From IMG/VR virus record IMGVR_UViG_3300038345_000144: DNA of 64,000 nucleotides, one strand, 5' to 3'. The stretch is from a virus (taxonomy: Duplodnaviria; Caudoviricetes). Below the pieces are notes generated by a model, which was not told where the DNA came from, made no database searches, and saw nothing but the letters and a program-made list of their open reading frames with translations. This document shows, in pieces, positions 19,419-27,511 of the stretch (its first letter is position 1; each line of letters opens with the position of its first letter). A program made the translations under genes and the position numbers.

Positions 19419-19786
19419 TGGTGGAGATGAGGGGAGTTGAACCCCTGTCCAAAACATTTGATTATGAGTTTCTACGAGTGTAGTTGGTATTTTGATTAGT
19501 CCAATTCATATTTCGTCTGCCAACAAACAATATGTCCTGTATCTCGGTAAGTAAGCCTTGTTTGTGTCGAGAACCCTCAAACTCCGCTAATCACTTTGCG
19601 ATAAGTGAATGAAAACCTATGAGGTACAAACTATCAAAGCCATAGAACAGTGATAGTCGGCAGTCACGCTACTGCAAGTTCGTAATCAGCGATTACTTTT
19701 CTGCTTAATCTGTTTTAGGTGAAGTATAAGCATCACACCACTCGCTTGTCATAATTGAGATGCCCTGTCGAAACCAGTACATCCCC
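19419..19786 (-). ncRNA. ssrA: tmRNA; probable tag (A)ADYELAVA* at 19664-19690
   Basis: GGGGATG...GGTTTCGAC 5' end, T arm, CATCTCCACCA 3' end with G3-U70; Ala-ending tag ORF. Confidence 0.92.
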
Positions 19787-19791
19787 ATATA

Positions 19792-19980
19792 TCAAGAACA
19801 CTTTGCTTCAAGCCAGTCAGGTACATCAATACCGTTCTGAACAAGTGCGTCCTTTATTTCCTGCGGGCTATGAGAGAGTGTCATCAGTACCAGATGGGAC
19901 TGAAATGCCTTCTCAAGAGCATCTTCCATACCTGAAAGTTCTTTCCTGCACTCTGCCACGGCTTCTCTTGTCATTTCCAT
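19792..19980 (-). CDS. Hypothetical protein
   Basis: GGAGG RBS. Confidence 0.55.
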   Translation of the reverse strand: MEMTREAVAECRKELSGMEDALEKAFQSHLVLMTLSHSPQEIKDALVQNGIDVPDWLEAKCS

Positions 19981-20045
19981 ATCAGTATATCCTCCGATTT
20001 AGATTATATCTGATTATAACACGAAAAGTTAAATGATGTCAAGAG

Positions 20046-20441
20046 TTAAGCACTAAATTCGCTCTCAAAAATACCGTCATTCTTGTACTTTGATACATCA
20101 ATAACCTGTTCCACACCGTCAATATTGAGTTTAACGGTCTTGTCATTGATTACGATGTAAGAAACATCGGCACTCGGAGTTGCTCCGTTCAAATAGTTCT
20201 CTGTGGCTCTCTGCTCATCGCCTTCATAAATAACCGTAAAAGTCATACCCTTCGGAGCCTGTATGCTGTAAATATCAAACTGCTTATCCTCAAAAAGAGT
20301 GGCTCCTGAATATGAAATGGTTAAATAATCAACGGCACGGGGGTCATAAGAAGTTTCTGTTGTGTCTTCTTTCTTACACCCTGTAAACAGACTTCCGAGT
20401 AATACCATAGAAAGTATTACGCTTCCAATCTTTTTATTCAT
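20046..20441 (-). CDS. Lipoprotein
   Basis: Signal peptide with LFTGC lipobox. Confidence 0.75.
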   Translation of the reverse strand: MNKKIGSVILSMVLLGSLFTGCKKEDTTETSYDPRAVDYLTISYSGATLFEDKQFDIYSIQAPKGMTFTVIYEGDEQRATENYLNGATPSADVSYIVINDKTVKLNIDGVEQVIDVSKYKNDGIFESEFSA

Positions 20442-20470
20442 TCAACATTCCCTCCAAATAATAATTCAAG

Positions 20471-20546
20471 TGGAGCGTCCGACAGGACTCGAACCTGCAT
20501 AATTTGGTTTTGCAGACCAAACGCCGAACCAACCGACAACGGACGC
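20471..20546 (-). tRNA. tRNA-Cys(GCA)
   Basis: Cloverleaf, loop CTGCAAA, U73. Confidence 0.9.
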
Positions 20547-20732
20547 ATATATGGTGCGAGGCTCAACCCTCGCTTGCAGGGTAAATCCCTGGAGTTCCCC
20601 GACTTTTGTATCTCACGGGCTTCGGGTGGTGGACCTGACGGGTAACTTAATCCCAGTCGCCCAACTCTGATTTATGAGCAGAGGAGGATAGTACCTGTAC
20701 TGCTCTGTCGTTTCTATCCTCTATCAGAGTAT

Positions 20733-20809
20733 TGGTGACGGGTAAGGGACTCGAACCCTTAAGCCACTGGTTCTAAGCCAGCGTTGTCTGCCAGTTCCAT
20801 CAACCCGCC
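20733..20809 (-). tRNA. tRNA-Leu(TAG) with short variable loop
   Basis: Loop CTTAGAA; Leu-type D loop; 5-nt variable loop. Confidence 0.85.
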
Positions 20810-20850
20810 ATATTTGTATATTATCACAAATACCCATATTAAGTAAAGAC

Positions 20851-21987
20851 TCAATATGGATTTTTGTATTGTGGTAATCTGCGTAATCTCCTGCAAGTTC
20901 TTATCAGAATTTGGCGTACTCGTTCTTGACTACGACCAATTTCTTTTCCAACCTGCTTAAATGTTTTTTCTTTTAGAAGAATATCAACAACAATCTTGCT
21001 TGCTCGCTCATTATCAAACATCGGATTAGTGTTCAATTCGTGTAAGATTTGGTCTACGGTAAATCCGTATTCATTTAACACAGAAAAGAACTCTACTTGA
21101 TAAGTGTCAATGCTGTCAATTTCATCTATGCACTCTTCAATAGGCTCACAAGAAATACTGGTAAAATCTTGCTTATAATATCTGGACATATAAATTGAAG
21201 AACAGTTATGCAAAGCATAGTCCCCAACTTTATTAAGTATAATTTGATTTAACCAACTCTTGAAATAGTCCCAGTCATTATGCTGTAAAACAAATTGCCA
21301 AAGTGCTACGGTTCCTTCCTGTACCAAATCATCTTTTACAGAGTCAGAAAGTTCATACTTTGCTATAATCTGTTCAGCAATATTGTTGAGCAACGGATAA
21401 TAATGCTTAATAACGGCATCCATAGCCTCGGAATTACCTGTTATAGCACTATTATAGATTGATTTAATGTTAGAACCACGACCTGCACGATTGCTTAAAA
21501 TGTTTTTTGGCTTAATACAATGACCACAAGTTTGTACTTCGCCTGAAAGTAATTTTTCCTTTTTAACCGTAACAATCTCACCGCACTCACAGTCACAAAC
21601 GCAGGTCTTTCCTAAATCCTGCTTAACCATAAGTCTTCCGTAGATATTACCTGTAAAATCAATTTCTTCAGGCTTTTTAGGAGGGTCAACCTTTTTAGGC
21701 TCTTCAACAGGTGCTACTTCTATTATAGGCTTTCTTCTCTCTGGTTGACGAGTACGATAATATTCTGGTCTGAAGTAATCCATAGGTTGAGGTCTTGGAA
21801 TAATGGGAGCGTCTTTATAACTTTCAGGAACAAAACCTCTGATAGCCTTTTCAGCCCTAACATTTTGTCTATTCCTATCTCTAACCTTCATATATACGAC
21901 AGGCTCACCTTCCAAGCCCATCTCTTTAATAAGTTGATTTAACTTATCTAATGCCGTTTCTTTACTCATAATTAAATATCCTCTCAT
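20851..21987 (-). CDS. Sigma-70-family sigma factor with N-terminal Cys-rich domain
   Basis: Region 2 DDLVQEGTVALW; region 4 TFKQVGKEIGRSQERVRQI; DFTGNIYGRL...CDCECG. Confidence 0.75.
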   Translation of the reverse strand: MRGYLIMSKETALDKLNQLIKEMGLEGEPVVYMKVRDRNRQNVRAEKAIRGFVPESYKDAPIIPRPQPMDYFRPEYYRTRQPERRKPIIEVAPVEEPKKVDPPKKPEEIDFTGNIYGRLMVKQDLGKTCVCDCECGEIVTVKKEKLLSGEVQTCGHCIKPKNILSNRAGRGSNIKSIYNSAITGNSEAMDAVIKHYYPLLNNIAEQIIAKYELSDSVKDDLVQEGTVALWQFVLQHNDWDYFKSWLNQIILNKVGDYALHNCSSIYMSRYYKQDFTSISCEPIEECIDEIDSIDTYQVEFFSVLNEYGFTVDQILHELNTNPMFDNERASKIVVDILLKEKTFKQVGKEIGRSQERVRQILIRTCRRLRRLPQYKNPY

Positions 21988-22081
21988 TAAGATATGTGCC
22001 TATATCATACCAAACGAATGTTGGTAATGTAAAGGACATTTTATAAAAAGTGGATATGAAAATGAGTAGAAAAGTAACATT

Positions 22082-22153
22082 TGGTCGCTCGTCGGAGGGT
22101 CGAACTCCGTCAGTGTCGGATATGAGCCGACCTGCTCTGCCGAGAGCCGAGCG
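22082..22153 (-). tRNA. tRNA-Met/Ile2(CAT), reduced D arm
   Basis: Loop CTCATAT, T arm, CCA; shortened D region. Confidence 0.7.
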
Positions 22154-22230
22154 ATACGGAAAACGTGGAAGTAGGTTTCCAACCACACATCACTTTTAAT
22201 TTGGACAGAGTGTATTTGTTATAACTGTCT

Positions 22231-22308
22231 TGGTGACTCGTAGGAGACTCGAACTCCTAATCTCCTGCTTGAGAGGCAGGCGTGATAAACCAGTTCCACT
22301 AACGAGCC
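22231..22308 (-). tRNA. tRNA-Glu(CTC)
   Basis: Cloverleaf, loop CTCTCAA. Confidence 0.92.
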
Positions 22309-22547
22309 ATAAAAATAGCCACTACTAAAATCTCAAAACTTCGTGGCTAATAAAGTTTATACGTCAAAAGTAATTGACTTTGTAGATATTGGGTTTAGAA
22401 AACATAAGTTTAGTGATACCCACAAACACTTCCGATTGTTTAATCCTCTTTCGGACAACCGCTATTGGTCAAGAGGGGCTTATTTTCAAGTGCCACTCGC
22501 CCGTTATCGTGGCTGGTCACGCTACTTTTGATTGGAGTAGTTACCAT

Positions 22548-22622
22548 TGGCATCCGTATAAGGACTCGAACCCTAACCAACAGGTTTGGAGGCTGTGGTG
22601 CTCCCAATTACACCATACGGAT
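22548..22622 (-). tRNA. tRNA-Trp(CCA), second copy
   Basis: Loop CTCCAAA; C-C mismatch at base of anticodon stem. Confidence 0.85.
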
Positions 22623-22687
22623 GTGTTTGTAAAGTGTTTCTATTATAACCATTAAATTTACCTTTGTCAATAGGTAAAATCAGAAAA

Positions 22688-22803
22688 TGGTTGGGAGCAG
22701 GGGATTTGCACCCCATTTACGCCTCGACTAACTGACGCACCGTGCTAACTCCGTCTATCCAGTAAGGTGTCACCTTACGGTTGTTTCGGTCTTGGAACTC
22801 CCC
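22688..22803 (-). ncRNA. tRNA-ended RNA with non-tRNA core
   Basis: GGGAGT/GCTCCC stem, GGGG-TGCAAAT-CCCC arm, ACCA end. Confidence 0.55.
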
Positions 22804-22810
22804 TTAAGAG

Positions 22811-22886
22811 TGGTAGGCGTGAGGAGACTCGAACTCCCAACTCCCCGATTAAAAGTCGGGTACTCTCGCCATTGAGTTACACACCT
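22811..22886 (-). tRNA. tRNA-Lys(TTT)
   Basis: Cloverleaf, loop CTTTTAA. Confidence 0.93.
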
Positions 22887-23039
22887 ATATATGCTTAATG
22901 CAGATGCACCTACATTAAGGCTAACTTATGTAATAACCTACTAACTCTTTCGATTATCTTTAACGACAAAGTTTAGTGCCGACCCATAACGAGGTTGGTA
23001 CTCGGCAGAACCTTTTTGTACGGCGTTGTCTGCTAACGC

Positions 23040-23161
23040 TGGTGACAAGGATAGGACTCGAACCTACAACGCACCTGTACTTGTATTATTAGACGCTCAC
23101 GCTTTTGGTTGTTTACGCTAACCAAGATTTATCAGGCTCATTACCATTGTGGAACCTCATC
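23040..23161 (-). ncRNA. tRNA-like RNA with expanded anticodon arm
   Basis: GATGAGG/CCTTGTC acceptor, CCTG...CAGG enclosing ~55 nt, T arm, ACCA. Confidence 0.65.
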
Positions 23162-23164
23162 ATT

Positions 23165-23239
23165 TGGCGGCTATCACGGGCTTTCACCGCAACTCTCCCC
23201 CCGACGGGGAGTATTTTACTCATATTAAACTATCAAGCC
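23165..23239 (-). pseudogene. Degenerate tRNA (TCG-like loop CGTCGGG)
   Basis: D and anticodon stems intact; T loop and acceptor degenerate; GCCA end. Confidence 0.55.
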
Positions 23240-23374
23240 ATTTTGGTTGCTCTTACGGACTTTCATTTCCAATGTGGTAACTACTTCCCCGCATCTCTCC
23301 CCGTATGTATGGAAGTATTCTCTCACTATTTCCGTGTTAACCCAGTAAATAGTTACAACTTGAACTATCGAGAG

Positions 23375-23453
23375 TGGTGGAGAATACGGGCATCGAACCC
23401 GTCTGCTATCCTGCTTGCAAGGCAGGCGACCACTCCAAGCAGTCCCATTCCCC
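23375..23453 (-). tRNA. tRNA-Ala(TGC)
   Basis: G3-U70, loop CTTGCAA. Confidence 0.9.
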
Positions 23454-23466
23454 ATAATAAAAAAAA

Positions 23467-23535
23467 TACGACGGCGGGGGTCGAACCCACATCTTCGGCT
23501 TTCCCACCGAAGTTTTACCATTAAACTACATCGTC
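23467..23535 (-). pseudogene. tRNA-like element with non-canonical GGGAAA anticodon loop
   Basis: Good D and T arms; 6-nt loop; no CCA. Confidence 0.65.
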
Positions 23536-23634
23536 TTCTACCCACAATAACCAGTCCGTGTCTTTGAGACTAATTAGAATGAATAGGACTTAAACTACTC
23601 AACTTCGACTCTCATCTTGTAGTATAAGAATTTG

Positions 23635-23712
23635 TGGTGGCGGGTACGAGACTTGAACTCGCAATCTTCGGATTGAAAGTCCGATGTGTTAACCAAACTC
23701 CACTAACCCGTC
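23635..23712 (-). tRNA. tRNA-Glu(TTC)
   Basis: Cloverleaf, loop CTTTCAA. Confidence 0.92.
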
Positions 23713-23717
23713 ATATG

Positions 23718-23794
23718 TGGTGGACCGTGATGGGACTTGAACCCACAACTTCCTGCTTGCAGGGCAGGCACTCTCCCACTTGAGTTACACGCCC
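23718..23794 (-). tRNA. tRNA-Ala(TGC), C33 variant, bulged acceptor
   Basis: Loop CCTGCAA. Confidence 0.85.
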
Positions 23795-23805
23795 ATATAT
23801 AAGAG

Positions 23806-23948
23806 AGGTACGGTAGGAATTGAACCTACTTGACCGTTCATCTGTATAAGTAATGCGTATTCCTTATACATTTTACTTGGTTTGCTACGAGAACCGCTTG
23901 GCTAATCAAGGATTACGCACTCCTCAAAAAGTTGCACTCGACATACCC
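23806..23948 (-). ncRNA. tRNA-ended RNA with multi-hairpin core
   Basis: GGGTATG/CGTACCT acceptor; GTAGG-TTCAATT-CCTAC T arm. Confidence 0.6.
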
Positions 23949-24130
23949 ATATTTTTAATAAAAAAGAGATAGCATACCTTCGCCTTCGAGTCTGGTTAAC
24001 CCTTTGGGATTTCAACCCACCGAGAAACACTCCATAATAGTCACTTTACAGATTTAATTAGTTGACTAAACTAACGATTTTCTCTGAACCTCCACCCATC
24101 TTGCAAAACAGGTTTCGGTCTATCTCTTTT

Positions 24131-24206
24131 TGGGGCTTCTAATGAGACTTGAACTCATAACTTTCGGTTTACGATACCGACACTCTACCAATTGAGTTAT
24201 AGAAGC
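24131..24206 (-). tRNA. tRNA-Thr(CGT)
   Basis: Cloverleaf, loop ATCGTAA. Confidence 0.9.
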
Positions 24207-24208
24207 AT

Positions 24209-24306
24209 TGGTGGAGAGGGTAGGATTTGAACCTACGAACCCGTAATAACAGGTATCTACGGCTCTACTCTGCCGTTTGCTTAATCCAGACTTGCTTACC
24301 TCGTCC
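24209..24306 (-). pseudogene. Tyr-type tRNA body with 8-nt purine-rich anticodon loop AGAGTAGA
   Basis: Class II body, T arm, ACCA; abnormal loop; bulged acceptor. Confidence 0.65.
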
Positions 24307-24317
24307 ATATTATTTTT

Positions 24318-24474
24318 TGGTTGCACCCCCGTCGGACTCACCCTGTTTTTATGATATTGTCCACAATATCAGTATTTCATTGTTGCAATCAACGACACTT
24401 AATATTGCCCGAAATATCCAAGATTGCTATTACAGGTAATTTGCTCTCTTGTAAGATACTCAAGAACGGTGTGC
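24318..24474 (-). ncRNA. CCA-terminated structured RNA
   Basis: GCAC-A-CCGT...ACGG-GG-GTGC closing stem then AACCA; internal hairpins. Confidence 0.5.
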
Positions 24475-24478
24475 GAAG

Positions 24479-24563
24479 TGGTGGGGGAGGTAGGACTCGA
24501 ACCTACACGCCTTGCGGAACTGATTTACAGTCAGTTTGCTTCACCCAATTTGCATACTCCCTC
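24479..24563 (-). tRNA. tRNA-Tyr(GTA)
   Basis: Class II cloverleaf, loop CTGTAAA. Confidence 0.92.
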
Positions 24564-24568
24564 ATAAT

Positions 24569-24645
24569 TGGTGGGAAGGGTCGGACTTGAACCGACAACG
24601 CACGGATTTTCAGTCCGTCGCTCTACCAGTTGGAGCTACCATCCC
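24569..24645 (-). tRNA. tRNA-Phe(GAA)
   Basis: Cloverleaf, loop CTGAAAA. Confidence 0.93.
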
Positions 24646-24934
24646 ATAATAAAAATAAATTTGCCTGTACGCTTTCCCTGTTCCTCCACGGGAAACTCTC
24701 TCACATTAGATTGAGCAAAGGTAAGTAAGATTTATCGGAGGAGTTCTTACTCGTTTATCCTTCACTAACGCACAGGCTTGCCTTTTGACCTTGATGAACT
24801 CCCTAATATCTGCTGATTAGGCTCCATTAAGGCTTGTTCTGTACCTTGCACCCGCTTGAATACAGATAATGCCGAGGTTTCCAGCCTTGCACTGAATTAC
24901 CAAGTAGGTCATCACCCCTAAACAAAAGGCTTTT

Positions 24935-25011
24935 TGGTGTGGCAGGCGGGACTTGAACCCGCAAAACCAGGTCTCTCAAACCTGTATGTGTGCCAATTTC
25001 ATCACAACCAC
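24935..25011 (-). tRNA. tRNA-Leu(GAG) with short variable loop
   Basis: Loop TTGAGAG; 5-nt variable loop GTTTT. Confidence 0.85.
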
Positions 25012-25033
25012 ATAAATAAACAAAAAGGAAACT

Positions 25034-25187
25034 CGGCGGGGGTAGGACTCGAACCTACACGCATCACGAAGTCTTAAAACAGGCGACTAACCCTGTAAGA
25101 ATATCCGTGAAGTATCGTCAATGTGACATAGAGATTTAACCCGTTGCAACGGAACCTCTACCGCACTACCCATTGTGCTACCCCGCC
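25034..25187 (-). ncRNA. tRNA scaffold with ~100-nt multi-hairpin insert
   Basis: GGCGGGG/CCCCGCC acceptor, perfect D and T arms. Confidence 0.75.
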
Positions 25188-25192
25188 ATATT

Positions 25193-25286
25193 TGGCGACC
25201 ACAGAAGGATTTGAACCTTCGCACGGCTCATCACCGTCTATACGCTTTCCAAGCGTACCTCTTCGACCAGACTTGAGTATGTGGTC
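25193..25286 (-). tRNA. tRNA-Ser(GGA)
   Basis: Class II, loop TTGGAAA, G73. Confidence 0.92.
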
Positions 25287-25297
25287 ATTTAGTCATT

Positions 25298-25385
25298 TGG
25301 CGATAGGGAGAGGACTTGAACCTCCATCGGTTTTACCCTACATCTGCTTTCGGGGCAGACCTCTTACCAATTAGAGTACCCTACC
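25298..25385 (-). tRNA. tRNA-Ser(CGA), C33 variant
   Basis: Class II, loop CCCGAAA. Confidence 0.88.
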
Positions 25386-25390
25386 ATTTT

Positions 25391-25551
25391 GTGCGTTTCC
25401 GTAGGAGTTTGCACCCGTGAGATTTGGCTAATGGCTACTCTCCCCAAACCCTCCATTTGCAACTGATTGGCTACCGTTTACCTTATCCTACGACATTTTC
25501 ATTCTTCGTGAGGTGTTACGCTACTCTCACATCAGTCAGGAGCGACCCGAC
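25391..25551 (-). ncRNA. Three-hairpin motif copy 1
   Basis: hairpin-TGAT-GTGAG..CTCAC-GAAGAATGAAAATGT-CGT stem; shared with 25648. Confidence 0.6.
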
Positions 25552-25554
25552 ATC

Positions 25555-25641
25555 TGGCGATGCGGGAGGGACTCGAACCCTCAATGGTGTTACCCACAGC
25601 GGTTTTCAGGACCGCCCGACTACCAATTATCACACCGCACC
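25555..25641 (-). tRNA. tRNA-Ser(TGA), C33 variant
   Basis: Class II, loop CCTGAAA. Confidence 0.88.
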
Positions 25642-25647
25642 ATTTTT

Positions 25648-25733
25648 TGGAGCAATTCCGCATTGTTGCAACAACACGGCATTTTCATTCTTTGTGAGGA
25701 CTCTGCCACGCTCACATCAGTTAACATATTAAC
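25648..25733 (-). ncRNA. Three-hairpin motif copy 2, ends in CCA
   Basis: hairpin-TGAT-GTGAG..CTCAC-AAAGAATGAAAATGC-CGT stem. Confidence 0.6.
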
Positions 25734-25736
25734 TTG

Positions 25737-25830
25737 TGGCGGGGTAGACAGGACTCGAACCTGCACATCGTAATACACGATTACTCAAAGTTTAGCAAAC
25801 TTCTGCCTTACCAGTTAGGCTTACTACCCC
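25737..25830 (-). tRNA. tRNA-Ser(GCT)
   Basis: Class II, loop TTGCTAA. Confidence 0.92.
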
Positions 25831-25906
25831 ATAAGGTTGAAGTAAGTCAAAACTTGCTATGATGTCCCCTTGTGAGGTTAGTTCAGCCGATTAACTTACT
25901 TCAAAG

Positions 25907-25983
25907 TGGTTGCAGGGGCGAGAGTCGAACTCGCTATCTTCAGGTTATGAGCCTGATGTGGTATTCCGTTCCACTCCTCTGCG
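25907..25983 (-). tRNA. Initiator-type tRNA-fMet(CAT)
   Basis: C1-A72 mismatch, loop CTCATAA. Confidence 0.85.
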
Positions 25984-25992
25984 ATGTTAAAA

Positions 25993-26082
25993 TGCTCGTT
26001 TTTAGAAGAAAACCTTGAAAATTATTATAATGGAGATACAAATAACAATAAGAACGAAGTCGAAAGAACGAGCAAAACTTTC
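25993..26082 (-). ncRNA. H-type pseudoknot family member with long loop 3
   Basis: GAAAG-TTT-TGCTCGTT-CTTTC...AAA-AACGAGCA. Confidence 0.65.
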
Positions 26083-26088
26083 TTGTTG

Positions 26089-26162
26089 TGGCGACCCTAA
26101 CGGGATTTGAACCCGTACCTTCTGGCAGACAACCAGACCGACTCCCATTATCGTATAGAGCC
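26089..26162 (-). tRNA. tRNA-Asp(GTC), loop variant TTGTCTG
   Basis: Cloverleaf, G73. Confidence 0.85.
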
Positions 26163-26230
26163 ATTTTGAGGGGGATTAAGGTGTCCCCCAAACCGATACA
26201 ATACCAAGTTAGCATCTTACTTGGATTTAT

Positions 26231-26308
26231 TGGCGACTCCGACCAGGCTCGAACTGGCGACCTTCTGCGTGACAGGCAGGTATTCTAAACCAACTGAACT
26301 ACGGAGCC
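26231..26308 (-). tRNA. tRNA-Asp(GTC)
   Basis: Canonical loop CTGTCAC. Confidence 0.93.
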
Positions 26309-26489
26309 GTATAATAAAGTGTTTTACCTGATAAACTACCCACCAACTATTTCACGGTGGGGAGGAGCATCGAACGCCTCTTCTCTTTGTTCATACATAC
26401 TTTCTTGGCAGTTTATCCACCTCTGCCTCGATTTCAGTATGCACCTAAACTCGGAAAGTTGGATAAGGCTTTCTTTGAATAGGAATTAG

Positions 26490-26565
26490 TGGCGACTCTA
26501 ACGAGACTCGAACTCGTATCTTCGGAGCGACAGTCCGACATCGTAAGCCTTTGGACCATAGAGCC
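26490..26565 (-). tRNA. tRNA-Asp(GTC), loop variant CTGTCGC
   Basis: Cloverleaf, G73. Confidence 0.88.
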
Positions 26566-26721
26566 ATCTAAAATTTTATTCTACCTACTAAACTTAAAAC
26601 TCTTGGCACTCGGTAAAGTGTGTTACTATTCGATACTTTTCAATGTGCCTATATTGTGTATCAAACTAACATAGAACTTGCCTCTCTATATAGCACATCA
26701 TAGATTAGCGTAGAGTTTGTA

Positions 26722-26798
26722 TGGTCGGGATGAGGAGACTTGAACTCCTAATTTCTCGCTTATCAGACGAGTGCTCTAACCAATTGAACTACATCCCG
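26722..26798 (-). tRNA. tRNA-Ile(GAT)
   Basis: Loop CTGATAA. Confidence 0.93.
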
Positions 26799-26848
26799 AT
26801 ATAAAATGCTGTTTTGAAAGAGAACTCCAACAGCGAAGTTTTAATCTC

Positions 26849-26926
26849 TGGTGGGTATGACAGGACTTGAACCCGCAATCCCCCGATTAAGAGTCGGGTG
26901 CATTAAACCAGTTTTGCTACATACCC
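26849..26926 (-). tRNA. tRNA-Lys(CTT)
   Basis: Loop CTCTTAA. Confidence 0.93.
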
Positions 26927-27103
26927 ATAAATCCGTGTTCAGGCTGTAATCACTAACACGGTCATTCCTGTATTTAACCTCTTTCAGAAATCCAGGGAGG
27001 GCTTTTTACGCTTGTCCCGCATTACAGGCGAGAGTACGGTGTGTCGCATCACACGGAGATTGTTCAAGAGTTGCAACGCTCAAGGAAACCTCTTAATCCT
27101 TAT

Positions 27104-27180
27104 TGGTTGGGGATAAGGGACTCGAACCCATAACTTCTTGCTTGTAGGGCAAGCACTCTACTCTGTTGAGTTAATCCCCA
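27104..27180 (-). tRNA. tRNA-Val(TAC), C33 variant
   Basis: Loop CCTACAA. Confidence 0.88.
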
Positions 27181-27184
27181 ATAT

Positions 27185-27259
27185 TGGCTCTTTAGGGAGG
27201 ACTCGAACCTCCATCTTCCCGCTTAACAGGCGTTCGCTTTACCATTAGGCTACTAAAGA
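27185..27259 (-). tRNA. tRNA-Asn(GTT)
   Basis: Loop CTGTTAA; mismatched top of anticodon stem. Confidence 0.85.
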
Positions 27260-27346
27260 ATATGGTGATTGTTAAAGTCCAATCTACTACCCATTGGTTT
27301 TTGTTTACATATAGGAAGGACCGCATTTGTTCGGAAACTCCCTCAC

Positions 27347-27422
27347 TGGCTCCTGTGATAGGACTTGAACCTACAACTTCTCGGTTAACAGCCGATTGCT
27401 CTACCGATTGAACTACACAGGA
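27347..27422 (-). tRNA. tRNA-Asn(GTT)
   Basis: Loop CTGTTAA. Confidence 0.92.
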
Positions 27423-27429
27423 ATATCGG

Positions 27430-27497
27430 GGTAATTTTTGAGAAGAATTACCAAACTCCTTACCGAGCCAAGTTTTGAATAGACCTGACGAAACTAT
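27430..27497 (-). ncRNA. Two tandem H-type pseudoknots (27430-27460, 27467-27497)
   Basis: AGGAG/CTTCT + GGTAATT/AATTACC; ATAG/CTAT + GTCAGGT/ACTTGGC. Confidence 0.65.
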
Positions 27498-27511
27498 ATT
27501 AAACTGTAAAC

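Noticed and set aside
25391-25733. Hammerhead ribozyme (CTGATG...GAAA)
   Set aside because: Core reads CUGAUGU rather than CUGANGA, and GAAA does not directly follow stem II.
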